A stretch of 64,000 nt of DNA from positions 3,380 through 67,379 of the forward strand of contig JAFTJQ010000069.1 in NCBI GenBank assembly GCA_017456285.1, read 5' to 3'. Shown in pieces: positions 44,803-53,836 of this stretch; the first letter of the stretch is position 1, and each line of letters starts with the position of its first letter. The stretch comes from Lentisphaeria bacterium (GTDB lineage Bacteria > Verrucomicrobiota > Lentisphaeria > Victivallales > Victivallaceae). The position numbers and the translations under genes are program-made. A model generated the notes under the pieces. It was not told the DNA's origin. It did not search any database and saw nothing but the letters and a program-made list of their open reading frames with translations.

Positions 44803-46488
44803 TTATTTATTTTTCTTTTTATCTTCAAAGTGTTTAGTTCTTACGGCTTCGGCCTTTTCAATATCCTGACGTGCTTTCTCACTCAAGTTGTTATTGATAA
44901 ACTCTTTAACCTCGCTATCAGGCAAGTATCCGTAGTCATCATTCAAGTCTCTGCCCTCGGGTGAATTCCACGCACAAGTTACGATGTAAGACTTGTTTTT
45001 TACAACTTTCTCGGCAGGAATATTTACTCGGACGAAAGTAAAGCCATCCTCGCTCCAAATCTCATACCCGTCAGTGGTACTTTCCTCAATCGGGAAACCA
45101 TTAAGTTTGAGATCAACTATTTTTGCATTTTCGACTTGAATTTTGGTTATAATACCGAATCCCTCTTTGAGTTCCGGCTCTGCCACATCGGCTTTGAGGT
45201 TAATCATATTGCCCCAAACTTTTTTGACGGTCGGGGGAGCAACGGCAAAGAATTTTTTGAGGTTCTCGTGATTGAAGTAGGGAGAATTTTCGGTCTGCTT
45301 CAAAATAGTGTCAAAAGTAATCATGCCATTGGGTTTCTCGCCTGCAAACTTTTTGAAGTCTTCACGTCCGTAAATTGCCATATTGACAATGTAGTTGCTG
45401 ACATCCGGATAAGAAAACGCACTTGAAAAGAAATCCTGTTTTTTCCAAAGTTTACTGCGGTTTTCACGACGGTCGGCTTTGGTTTCACCGTGAGTAACGA
45501 TTAAGCCTTGAATGGTATTGACTTTGAAATCATTGACACGATTTTTTGAGAAGCCCTTATTTGCCTGACGCAAAAGTTCCTTCATCGGTTCAACCACGGT
45601 AAAGTTCCAGGTTGACTCAATGGTACAAATCATGGTGTGTTCACGGAATGAACCATACATCGCCGCATAAGTGTACGGCTGCCCCATATTACAGAAAGAC
45701 TTCCATGCATCAGTCATGGCAGGTCCCCAAATCAAACGCTCATCGTGCATTGAGAAATCAATTACACCGAATCTTTGTTTTTTAGCAGAATCAAGCAGTT
45801 TAATCAAAAGTTCTTTATCCCAAATATCGAGAGAAGAGTTGGAGGCGGCTCTGCCGATTGAGGCACGCTGAATTTGTCCGTTGTAGTGCATTGCGGTACC
45901 ATGAATATCCATGTGGAAATCAGGTTTGTACTTATCGACGAGTTTGCAATAAGCAATATATTCCGGGCCGTCTTCGGGTTTGAGAATTGATAAATCTTTG
46001 AGATTCATGCGGTTTCCTCGTCCCATTGAGTAGGGGTCAATTCGTCTGGAATTCCATGGAGCCTCATCGAGAAAGTAACCCTCGGGGTTATTATTGGGGG
46101 TAACGATGAGGATATTTTTCTTTAATGACTCTTTTGCCAAGGGGTCATCGCTCATTAACCAATCAAGAAAAGCCATGACACCTGCGGTCGCAGTTCTCTC
46201 TCCACCGCCGTGAAAAGCGGTAAGCAAAATCACATTTTTATTCTCATTCGGCACAGTTGTGTCAGTAATTTCAATTGCGTAAAATGGCAAACCTTTCGGA
46301 GTTTCGGCAACTTTTGAAAGTTTGAAGTTATCACCGTGCTTATCTGCCCAGTAGTAGAGATTGCCGATGTAATCTCTCAAGCTCATTCGCTTATGCGGGG
46401 TTTTCCACGGTTTCTCCATTTGCGACAAATCGGCGAGCATAATGGTTGAAAGGCAACACATCATACACAAAACAAAAATTTTTTTCAT
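44803..46488 (-). CDS. secreted M14-like zinc carboxypeptidase family protein
   Basis: Signal peptide. LLTAFHGGGERTA (His/Glu zinc-ligand region, atypical spacing), VTPNNNPEGY and DIHGTAMHY blocks in M14 order. Confidence 0.5.
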   Translation of the reverse strand: MKKIFVLCMMCCLSTIMLADLSQMEKPWKTPHKRMSLRDYIGNLYYWADKHGDNFKLSKVAETPKGLPFYAIEITDTTVPNENKNVILLTAFHGGGERTATAGVMAFLDWLMSDDPLAKESLKKNILIVTPNNNPEGYFLDEAPWNSRRIDPYSMGRGNRMNLKDLSILKPEDGPEYIAYCKLVDKYKPDFHMDIHGTAMHYNGQIQRASIGRAASNSSLDIWDKELLIKLLDSAKKQRFGVIDFSMHDERLIWGPAMTDAWKSFCNMGQPYTYAAMYGSFREHTMICTIESTWNFTVVEPMKELLRQANKGFSKNRVNDFKVNTIQGLIVTHGETKADRRENRSKLWKKQDFFSSAFSYPDVSNYIVNMAIYGREDFKKFAGEKPNGMITFDTILKQTENSPYFNHENLKKFFAVAPPTVKKVWGNMINLKADVAEPELKEGFGIITKIQVENAKIVDLKLNGFPIEESTTDGYEIWSEDGFTFVRVNIPAEKVVKNKSYIVTCAWNSPEGRDLNDDYGYLPDSEVKEFINNNLSEKARQDIEKAEAVRTKHFEDKKKNK

Positions 46489-46583
46489 GTTTTATCCTTT
46501 CTTTTTTATTGTTTCAAGGATTTTTTGTGTACACTAAAAAAATCGTAATTCATAATTTTTAATATCATCCATCATACATTGAT

Positions 46584-47741
46584 TTATCGATTAAGAGTTT
46601 TCCAGATCGGCTCTAAATCAACTATTTTCATATCAACCATTGCTTCGTCCAATGCTAAAGCATAGACGGCACTTTCAAGTCCCTCCTGACCACTGCATTT
46701 AGGCGGAACTCCTTGTGACATACTCGCAAAAAGTTCTTTCATGATATAATCATCACCGCCACCATGACCGTCACCGTCAAAATTATAGACCGTAGTTGCC
46801 TCATCGCCGATTTTTTTGCAGACCAGTTTTCGGGTGTACAAATCAGCAATAATCGTTCCCTCCATGCAGTTAAATCGCATGCGTCGTTCAGGAATTGCAT
46901 TACACATGGTCGCACAGAATGAAACCTGTATTCCATTACGATAGAGGGCAATTCCCATTTGGGTATCAAGCATATCATTATCGTCATTAAATGAACTATC
47001 AATCTGGTTATGACCGCCCCACACTGCAAAAGTTTCTTTGCCGTATTTCTCCTCCATGAATTTATTGCTGCTCATAAAAACTTTTTTGCTCCCGAATGCC
47101 GCAATTTTGCTTGGCAGAGATTGACAAAACCAATTAATCAAATCCAAATCGTGACAGCATTTTTCCAAAATATGCGGGCCTGAAATTGATTTTTTACGAC
47201 GCCAATTTGCCATGATATATCCCCCATGATACGGCGGGATATTTTCATTGGCTTCGATACTCAAAAGTTTCCCGAACTCTCCTGAATCAAGCAAGTTTTT
47301 AATCTTTTTATAGATCGGGGCGTAACGCAGAACAAATCCGGTTGCAAAAAGCAAATCAGTCTTTTTATGTGCGTCAAAAATCGCCTGACAATCTGAAATA
47401 GCTGTTGCCAAAGGTTTCTCACTGAATACATGCTTTTTGGCGGCAAAAGCACTTAAAATATGCTCCTTATGAAAAGCATTCGGCGAAAAAACCATTACCC
47501 ATTCAACCCCGTTGGTATTAATTGCTTCATCAGCGGAAGCACAGCGTTTGGTATTTTTTCCGTCAATCGCCCACTCTTCAAATGCCTTGTCAATAATTGA
47601 ATCAATCGGATCATAGACTGACAAAACTTCAATTTGTCGATTCGAATCTCTGAATAAATTTTTGACCACGTATCTGGCTCTACCGCCGCAACCGATTACT
47701 GCGACACCGATTTTTTTAGAATTTTCCATTTTTTTCTCCAT
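46584..47741 (-). CDS. Gfo/Idh/MocA family oxidoreductase
   Basis: IGVAVIGCGGRARYV Rossmann N-terminus, EKPLA motif, 385 aa. Confidence 0.8.
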   Translation of the reverse strand: MEKKMENSKKIGVAVIGCGGRARYVVKNLFRDSNRQIEVLSVYDPIDSIIDKAFEEWAIDGKNTKRCASADEAINTNGVEWVMVFSPNAFHKEHILSAFAAKKHVFSEKPLATAISDCQAIFDAHKKTDLLFATGFVLRYAPIYKKIKNLLDSGEFGKLLSIEANENIPPYHGGYIMANWRRKKSISGPHILEKCCHDLDLINWFCQSLPSKIAAFGSKKVFMSSNKFMEEKYGKETFAVWGGHNQIDSSFNDDNDMLDTQMGIALYRNGIQVSFCATMCNAIPERRMRFNCMEGTIIADLYTRKLVCKKIGDEATTVYNFDGDGHGGGDDYIMKELFASMSQGVPPKCSGQEGLESAVYALALDEAMVDMKIVDLEPIWKTLNR

Positions 47742-47813
47742 TTTTATCGTTTTTTGATTTGAAAAATAATTTATTTAAGCTACTATAATATACTACATAA
47801 AATTTATTTTCAA

Positions 47814-48668
47814 ATGGATAAAAACGTCATGAATAATGTAAAAAATAATCAAATTCAAATTCATCGAATTTTCGGCGAAATGTCGAAACTTCAAAAATCC
47901 TACGGACTGCGGATAATCAGCAGCCACATGGATATAAAATCATCTGTCAATTGTTATGATAAATTCCCAATGCGTAAGTTTGAATACTACTCTCTGAGTT
48001 ATCTGGTTTCAGGCAAAGCCAAATTCAAAACCGAAGAAACGGGAGAGATAATCTTTCAAGCCCCTGCGTTTGTGATTATGGCACCTAATGTCCTGAATTG
48101 TTACGGCAGTATCGACGGAACTATCTATCATGAGGATGCAATCTGCTTCACCGGAGAAATCGCCGATAATCTCGTAAAATCAGGAGTTTTGAAAGTCGGA
48201 GTTTTCCCGACCGCAATTTTGCGAAAAATGAATAAAATTACGGAATTATTCAACTCCCCCTCCGAACATGCTCAATTAAATGCCAATATGGAATTGCAGA
48301 AACTTATTTTTGAAATATACAACGAGCGGGTACAATCAAATTATCCGGATAAACCGATTCAAAAACTTATTCAGGAGATTTCCAATAATATACATCACTG
48401 GTATCAGGTAAGCGAATTAGCTGAACTTGTCGGAATGAGTCTGTCAACTTTTCGCAGAAACTTCCTCAAAGAAACCGGTATGCTCCCGAAACACTACATT
48501 GAAAACCTGAAACTTCGCCATGCCGCCAATGATTTAGTTAATAGCACTTTAAGTATCAGTGCCATTGCTAACAAGTATGGATACTTCGATCCCTATCACT
48601 TCAGCAGGCGATTCAAAGCTATTATCGGAACTTCACCTGAAAAATATCGAAAAAACTTGCAAAAATAG
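47814..48668 (+). CDS. AraC family transcriptional regulator
   Basis: C-terminal double HTH: VSELAELVGMSLSTFRRNFLKETGMLPKHYIENLKLRHAANDL..YGYFDPYHFSRRFKAIIGTSPEKYR. Confidence 0.85.
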   Translation: MDKNVMNNVKNNQIQIHRIFGEMSKLQKSYGLRIISSHMDIKSSVNCYDKFPMRKFEYYSLSYLVSGKAKFKTEETGEIIFQAPAFVIMAPNVLNCYGSIDGTIYHEDAICFTGEIADNLVKSGVLKVGVFPTAILRKMNKITELFNSPSEHAQLNANMELQKLIFEIYNERVQSNYPDKPIQKLIQEISNNIHHWYQVSELAELVGMSLSTFRRNFLKETGMLPKHYIENLKLRHAANDLVNSTLSISAIANKYGYFDPYHFSRRFKAIIGTSPEKYRKNLQK

Positions 48669-48678
48669 TTATTCGTCC

Positions 48679-48707
48679 TTGCAAATTTTTCGTATTTGGA
48701 TTATATT
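48679..48707 (+). promoter_or_regulatory. candidate sigma70-type promoter
   Basis: TTGCAA-N17-TATATT, upstream of the Nif3-like gene. Confidence 0.4.
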
Positions 48708-48752
48708 AACTCTAAATAAAATTTATTACTGAAAAAATAAAGGAATAATATT

Positions 48753-49535
48753 ATGAAAATCAAAGATTTAATTTGTGATATATGCCACTGGAATAACTTG
48801 AATTTCAATAATCCGGATACCGTCGATAAATATCACTTCGGCAATCCCGATAATGAAGTAACCCGAGTCGCCGTAACCATGTTTGCTTCAATTGAAGTAA
48901 TCAAAAAAGCAATTGATTTCGGAGCGGAACTTCTGATCGTACATGAACCGATTTTTAATAGCAACGAGGAGAAAATTAATCCCGATAATCCCGTACATCA
49001 GGAGAAAATTCGCTTGATCAACGAGGGAAATTTAACACTTTTCCGATACCACGACCACCCCCATTGCATGCAGGATGACTTCATTGATAATGCCACTATC
49101 AAATATTCAGGTTTGAAAGGGCGTGTTATCGGCAAACCATTTTGGGCAGTTACCGCATTTGAACTTGATGAACCGATGAACGGAGCAGAAGTGCGTAATG
49201 TTTTAGCTGATAAATTAAATGCTTCATGGAGCAGAATCGCAGGAAGCACCGACACTAAAGGAAAAAATATCGCTTTTGCCTGCGGAACTCCGGGACATAT
49301 CATGGAATTATTGCTCGATGACCACACTGATTTCATCGTGACCGGAGAAATCTGCGAATGGATTTACGGCGAATTGGCAAGAGATTTAGCCGCTATCGGC
49401 AAAAACAAAGCAATCATCGTCATGGGACATTGTCGCTCAGAATATGCAGGGATGATTGAAGTAAGTAACTTGCTTCAAGAAAAATTTCCGCAACTTGTTG
49501 TCAAGCATATTGAGAGCAAAGATGTTTACCGATAA
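48753..49535 (+). CDS. Nif3-like dinuclear metal centre protein (GTP cyclohydrolase 1 type 2 homologue family)
   Basis: LLIVHEPIF, FRYHDHPH and IVMGHCRSEYAG blocks. 260 aa. Confidence 0.65.
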   Translation: MKIKDLICDICHWNNLNFNNPDTVDKYHFGNPDNEVTRVAVTMFASIEVIKKAIDFGAELLIVHEPIFNSNEEKINPDNPVHQEKIRLINEGNLTLFRYHDHPHCMQDDFIDNATIKYSGLKGRVIGKPFWAVTAFELDEPMNGAEVRNVLADKLNASWSRIAGSTDTKGKNIAFACGTPGHIMELLLDDHTDFIVTGEICEWIYGELARDLAAIGKNKAIIVMGHCRSEYAGMIEVSNLLQEKFPQLVVKHIESKDVYR

Positions 49536-49561
49536 AACGCCGCACTTAAGAATATTAAGTT

Positions 49562-51406
49562 TTATTTAGCGTATTGAGCCATAATTTTCAAGAGATATTT
49601 CATTCCTTCAGGCGGCATAGATTCTTCGATGAAGTTACCATTTAAATCATACTGCTGCATAATTCCATAGACGGTCATGACAAAGACTTTGTCCCGACAA
49701 ATCAAAGCAGTTTCGAGGTAACTTGATGAAATTATATACGGTCTGTCGCTTGAATCAAAAAGATTTTTGCCGATAGAGTAATCACTTGTTTCATTGGTAC
49801 AGCCCAAAATATCCTGCATAATTGTCGTTGATACATCCATGGCAGAGGTGCGGTAATTTACAGTAGCGGATTCACGGTTAAGTCCGAAAATCACAAGCGG
49901 CACATGGGTTTGGTAGCGGGCGAAGTTGCTATTATGTCCCCAATTCTGCATTTGAGATTCTCCGTATTCATTGCCGTGGTCGGCGGTAATAATCACGATT
50001 GTATCTTCCCCGATTGCCTGACGGATATTATTCTCTTCAAAGAATTTATTGATGGCATAATCCATATAATAAGTAGCATCTCTGGTAAAATTAAGCATAT
50101 CTTTTTTAGTTTTGTCATCATTGGTGATATTGAGGTAATTAACTTTATTCATGGTGCTTCCGAACTTGCGTTGAAATCCCTCTTCAATTGAATTGCCGTG
50201 CAGTCCGTCTAAAAACAGGAAAGCAAAATACGGTTTTGATTTGTCCCGATTTTTGAGGAAATTTGATAAATTCTCGAAGCAGCTTTTATCTCTATCAAGT
50301 TTAGTTCTGCCTTTTGTATGCTGTTCGATATCGGGGATATTTACGAAAATCGTGCGATTAAATGGCGGTGAAGCAAGCGTCCCGCTTGAGAAAATTTTTA
50401 CCTCATAGTTATTCGCCGCAAATGAGTCAATCATTGCCGCTCCGGAACCGGAACGCAATGCCTGATCAAAATAGAATCCGGGAATTCCGTAGAAAAGACT
50501 GAACACCCCCGTTTTGGTACAATTCCCCCCTGAAAAGTGCTGCATAAATTTGGCACTTGGGAGGTCTTCCGACATCTGATAAAGTCGCGGCATGACCTCG
50601 GAATTAAACATATCGCCTCGCATACTGTCAACGAGGATAAAGAGGACATTTTTCTGCTTCTCGGTTTTTTTGAAATTGAGTTTATTCAGCGGATACTTCA
50701 TAATCTCACCCGAAACACTGCTCTGTACTTTCTGTGCGGGGGTATACCCCATTCTCATCAATTTTCTGGTAGCAGTCATGGCGTATTTAAGCGGCAGTGC
50801 ATCGGTACGAATCAAATACTCCCGATACCCGTGAAAAGCACACCAGGCATGCACCGCATTGAAAGTAAGAAACGCCATGCCGATAATTAAAAACCAGACA
50901 ATACAAATTTTAGGGAACTTGAATTTATCAGTGATTTTTTGGATACCCCATTCGCCGACGACAATTGCTCCGACAATTAAAATCAAGCTCAAAATCATCG
51001 TTAATGGAAAACTTACCAGCTCAAAAGCCGCAGGGGAACAAAATAATCCGATCATCGGGATATTAATATGAAAGCGGTATTGTGCATAAACAACAATATC
51101 GGCAAAAAGCAGAAAAATTAATAGCGAACTCAAACTGATTGCACTTATTTTGAAAGCCTTTTCCCCGCCGAAACGCACCAATTGCAGAATCATCCATAAC
51201 CCGAATGAAAAAGCCCCTAAATGTCCGATAGCAAAAATAATTGAATAACATATCCCTCCGAGTGTGGAATTATTTAAGTTAATAAAATGCAAGTAAACAC
51301 ATGACATCAGCATCCAAATAATCCCATTGATAAATGCAAATTGCATGGTCGAAGTAAATTTATATTTATTCAAAAAAATTTTTATTTTATCCCAAATTTT
51401 TTTCAT
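49562..51406 (-). CDS. DUF3413/sulfatase-like inner-membrane protein (YejM/PbgA-like, alkaline-phosphatase superfamily)
   Basis: About 5 N-terminal TM helices followed by NVLFILVDSMRGDM and ITADHGNEYGE sulfatase-fold blocks. Confidence 0.7.
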   Translation of the reverse strand: MKKIWDKIKIFLNKYKFTSTMQFAFINGIIWMLMSCVYLHFINLNNSTLGGICYSIIFAIGHLGAFSFGLWMILQLVRFGGEKAFKISAISLSSLLIFLLFADIVVYAQYRFHINIPMIGLFCSPAAFELVSFPLTMILSLILIVGAIVVGEWGIQKITDKFKFPKICIVWFLIIGMAFLTFNAVHAWCAFHGYREYLIRTDALPLKYAMTATRKLMRMGYTPAQKVQSSVSGEIMKYPLNKLNFKKTEKQKNVLFILVDSMRGDMFNSEVMPRLYQMSEDLPSAKFMQHFSGGNCTKTGVFSLFYGIPGFYFDQALRSGSGAAMIDSFAANNYEVKIFSSGTLASPPFNRTIFVNIPDIEQHTKGRTKLDRDKSCFENLSNFLKNRDKSKPYFAFLFLDGLHGNSIEEGFQRKFGSTMNKVNYLNITNDDKTKKDMLNFTRDATYYMDYAINKFFEENNIRQAIGEDTIVIITADHGNEYGESQMQNWGHNSNFARYQTHVPLVIFGLNRESATVNYRTSAMDVSTTIMQDILGCTNETSDYSIGKNLFDSSDRPYIISSSYLETALICRDKVFVMTVYGIMQQYDLNGNFIEESMPPEGMKYLLKIMAQYAK

Positions 51407-51518
51407 ATCAATTTTATCCTACGTTTGCTTAATAACTGATTTACTTAATATAATATGGATAATAGAAAAATGCAAATATTTAGCCGATTTAATTTTTTAT
51501 TTTTTTTGTCTGAAGCTA

Positions 51519-51546
51519 TTGACAATTTAAAATTTTGTGCTATACT
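51519..51546 (+). promoter_or_regulatory. near-consensus sigma70 promoter of P5
   Basis: ctaTTGACAatt-(N16 spacer)-TATACT. Confidence 0.55.
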
Positions 51547-51566
51547 ATTAGTAGGTTCACAATAAT

Positions 51567-51600
51567 TGAGGTGACAACTGTCACTTCAGGTACTGTGAAA
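51567..51600 (+). promoter_or_regulatory. conserved leader stem-loop plus GTGAAA element, copy 4 (upstream of P5)
   Basis: tgaggtgac-AACT-gtcacttca-ggtact-GTGAAA. 9-bp stem, 21 nt after the -10 box and 43 nt before the ATG. Confidence 0.55.
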
Positions 51601-51643
51601 AAGAGCAAAAACAATAAAAAAAAGAATAAATGAAAGGAAAATT

Positions 51644-52363
51644 ATGAAAAATTTATTCAAATTCACCCTCATTGAGTTGTTGGTGGTCATTGCAATCATT
51701 GCGATTCTTGCAGGAATGTTGCTCCCTGCCCTCAACAAAGCTCGTGAAAAAGCTCGTGCAGTTTCATGTACCAACAACAAAAAACAATGTTTGCTTGCAA
51801 TTAACATGTATTGCCAGGATCATAATGGTGCAATGATTCTTCGCTCAAGAAATCTTGCTCCTGCTAATTGTACTTGGTTCAATCGCTTGAAACAGAATGG
51901 TTACATGCAGGATCTGAAAATTGCTCAATGTCCGTCTTTACCGCACATGCCGATTAAAGATGATGATAATAATGCCGGCCGTCAAAATACCTTCGGCATG
52001 CCGAGAATGGTTGATGTTTGGTCTCCTTACTTGGGAACAAGTGCTATGACATTCCCCGCAGGTGAATCCAATGACTGCGGTATGATGAATATTTACAATA
52101 TGAAAAGCAGCAAAATGATCATGGCTGATGCAGCAAAGGCTGTTAACTCTGATCAAATTTGGCAATGGAACTTGAATGGTGTAGGTACTAATTTGGCAAT
52201 GTTCACTCACGGTGGCAGAAATAGCATTGGTTGGTCTGATGGTCATGTCGATTCAATGGATCCCAAAGCGGTAAGAGCTGCTTTAGATGATGATGATTAC
52301 AATGATGCATTTGCTTACTATATTTCAGGGGAAGCAGCGGCACAGAGTTTGGCTGCTAATTAA
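51644..52363 (+). CDS. prepilin-type N-terminal / H-X9-DG pseudopilin-like protein P5
   Basis: [42 protein letters not shown] and [13 protein letters not shown]. Confidence 0.85.
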   Translation: MKNLFKFTLIELLVVIAIIAILAGMLLPALNKAREKARAVSCTNNKKQCLLAINMYCQDHNGAMILRSRNLAPANCTWFNRLKQNGYMQDLKIAQCPSLPHMPIKDDDNNAGRQNTFGMPRMVDVWSPYLGTSAMTFPAGESNDCGMMNIYNMKSSKMIMADAAKAVNSDQIWQWNLNGVGTNLAMFTHGGRNSIGWSDGHVDSMDPKAVRAALDDDDYNDAFAYYISGEAAAQSLAAN

Positions 52364-52386
52364 TTTTGAAGTAGCATAATATTTTT

Positions 52387-52424
52387 AAGAGCATGAGATT
52401 TTTTTAGAATTTCATGCTCTTTTT
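52387..52424 (+). terminator. rho-independent terminator of P5
   Basis: AAGAGCATGA-N15-TCATGCTCTT followed by TTTT. Confidence 0.7.
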
Positions 52425-52632
52425 ATTTGCAAAGCAAAAAAATGAAGTTATATTACCGAAGTGTTAATCACCGAAGAAAAGGAAAAAATTATGAAATTAA
52501 AATCAATAAATCGCTTGCAATTCGGCGATGGTTAGGGGGGCAGTTTTCGGCGGAGCGGCTCTCTCTTACATCGGTTATTCTTTCAAATAATTGCCTCAAT
52601 TTTACAAATAAACACTCGGAGTAAAAAATTTT

Positions 52633-53787
52633 ATGACCACCATTGAATACGCGCAATCACTGTTGCAAAATGCACCGAAAGAAATTATCCTTGTTTCGGA
52701 TGATATTTTTCAATTACTATCTCTCACGCTCGGAAATTCTCAAGCCGATACAGTTGTTTTTTCAGGCAGGCACTATGCTGAACTTTTTCGATATGCCAAC
52801 TACGATGTGCAGACCGGAATTGAAGCCGAACCCTCGACCGAAACCGTCGAAAAAATGGCGAATTTATTACGAGAAAAAAATCCGCAGAATGTCGTTGCCG
52901 TCGGTGGAGGCAGTGTAATTGATGCCGCCAAAGCCGCCTATTTACTTTACCAAACTAACTGCAAACTCAATGACCTTTTCGGCGTAAATCGCTGGAGCAA
53001 TGCCAATTTCGGCAAAAAACTCAAGCGAATTGTTGCAATTCCGACTACCAGCGGTACAGGTTCGGAAGCTACCCCCTACTCCAATATCGTAGACCACTCA
53101 TCGGGGGTAAAAAAGTTAATTGCCGAGGAGCAAATCATTCCTGCAATTGCATTTTGTCCGCCCTTATTTCAAAAATCAATGTCAGAAGATTTGACCAGAG
53201 CCACAGGATGCGATGCTTTAGCACATTTAATTGAAGGTTTTCTCAATGTAGGGGCAGATTCAAAGCACCCTGAAGCCAATACATGGGCGAAAACGGGGAT
53301 TGCTTTAATCAAAGAGTTTTTACCGCTGGCACTCAAAAATCCTGATAACGAAACTGCCAGACGGGGGATGTTAATTGCTTCGACCTTGGGCGGAATGACC
53401 ATCCGCTTCAAATCTACCGGAGTGCCGCACCTATGCAGTTTTTCATGGTTCGGTCGAATCTCTCACGGCGAAGCGGTTGCACTACTGCTCCCTGCCGCAT
53501 GGGAATACTATTTAGCCAATCCGCAAGTTGCGTCAAGAACTATGGAACTATCGGAATTTTTCCCGGGGTCTTCTCCCAAAGAAGTAATTGCAAGTTTCCG
53601 AAAATTTCTTGACAGCATCGGCTTACCGTCAAAACTCTCGAAATGGCAGGGAATTACCATGGAACTCCTTGAAGCAACTGCCCGAAGCGGTGGTGAGAAC
53701 AAAATGAAATTAGACAATGCACCGCAACCTATTCCGCTGGAAAAAAGTTACGATATTCTTTTGGATATTATGAAAAAATCTTACTGA
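52633..53787 (+). CDS. iron-containing (group III) alcohol dehydrogenase
   Basis: VVAVGGGSVIDAAKAAY, PTTSGTGSEATP and His-rich metal-site blocks (DALAHLIE). 384 aa. Tandem stop TGATAA. Confidence 0.85.
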   Translation: MTTIEYAQSLLQNAPKEIILVSDDIFQLLSLTLGNSQADTVVFSGRHYAELFRYANYDVQTGIEAEPSTETVEKMANLLREKNPQNVVAVGGGSVIDAAKAAYLLYQTNCKLNDLFGVNRWSNANFGKKLKRIVAIPTTSGTGSEATPYSNIVDHSSGVKKLIAEEQIIPAIAFCPPLFQKSMSEDLTRATGCDALAHLIEGFLNVGADSKHPEANTWAKTGIALIKEFLPLALKNPDNETARRGMLIASTLGGMTIRFKSTGVPHLCSFSWFGRISHGEAVALLLPAAWEYYLANPQVASRTMELSEFFPGSSPKEVIASFRKFLDSIGLPSKLSKWQGITMELLEATARSGGENKMKLDNAPQPIPLEKSYDILLDIMKKSY

Positions 53788-53802
53788 TAAATTATCAACA
53801 TC

Positions 53803-53836
53803 ACGCTGAATAAAATTACTTATTCAGCGTTTTTTT
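53803..53836 (+). terminator. rho-independent terminator of the alcohol dehydrogenase gene, overlapping the 3-prime end of the convergent permease gene
   Basis: ACGCTGAATAA-aattac-TTATTCAGCGT followed by T6. Confidence 0.7.

Noticed and set aside
52446-52580. A 14-codon uORF (MKLKSINRLQFGDG, ATG 52491, good SD spacing) ending in FGDG, plus a GC-rich patch (ggttaggggggcagttttcggcggagcggctctc) upstream of the alcohol dehydrogenase gene
   Set aside because: The FGDG match to the secreted-protein tail is only 4-5 residues. The upstream frame shows no further similarity. I could not fold the GC-rich patch into a convincing attenuator or riboswitch. It may be a relic of a degraded gene, but the evidence is too thin.
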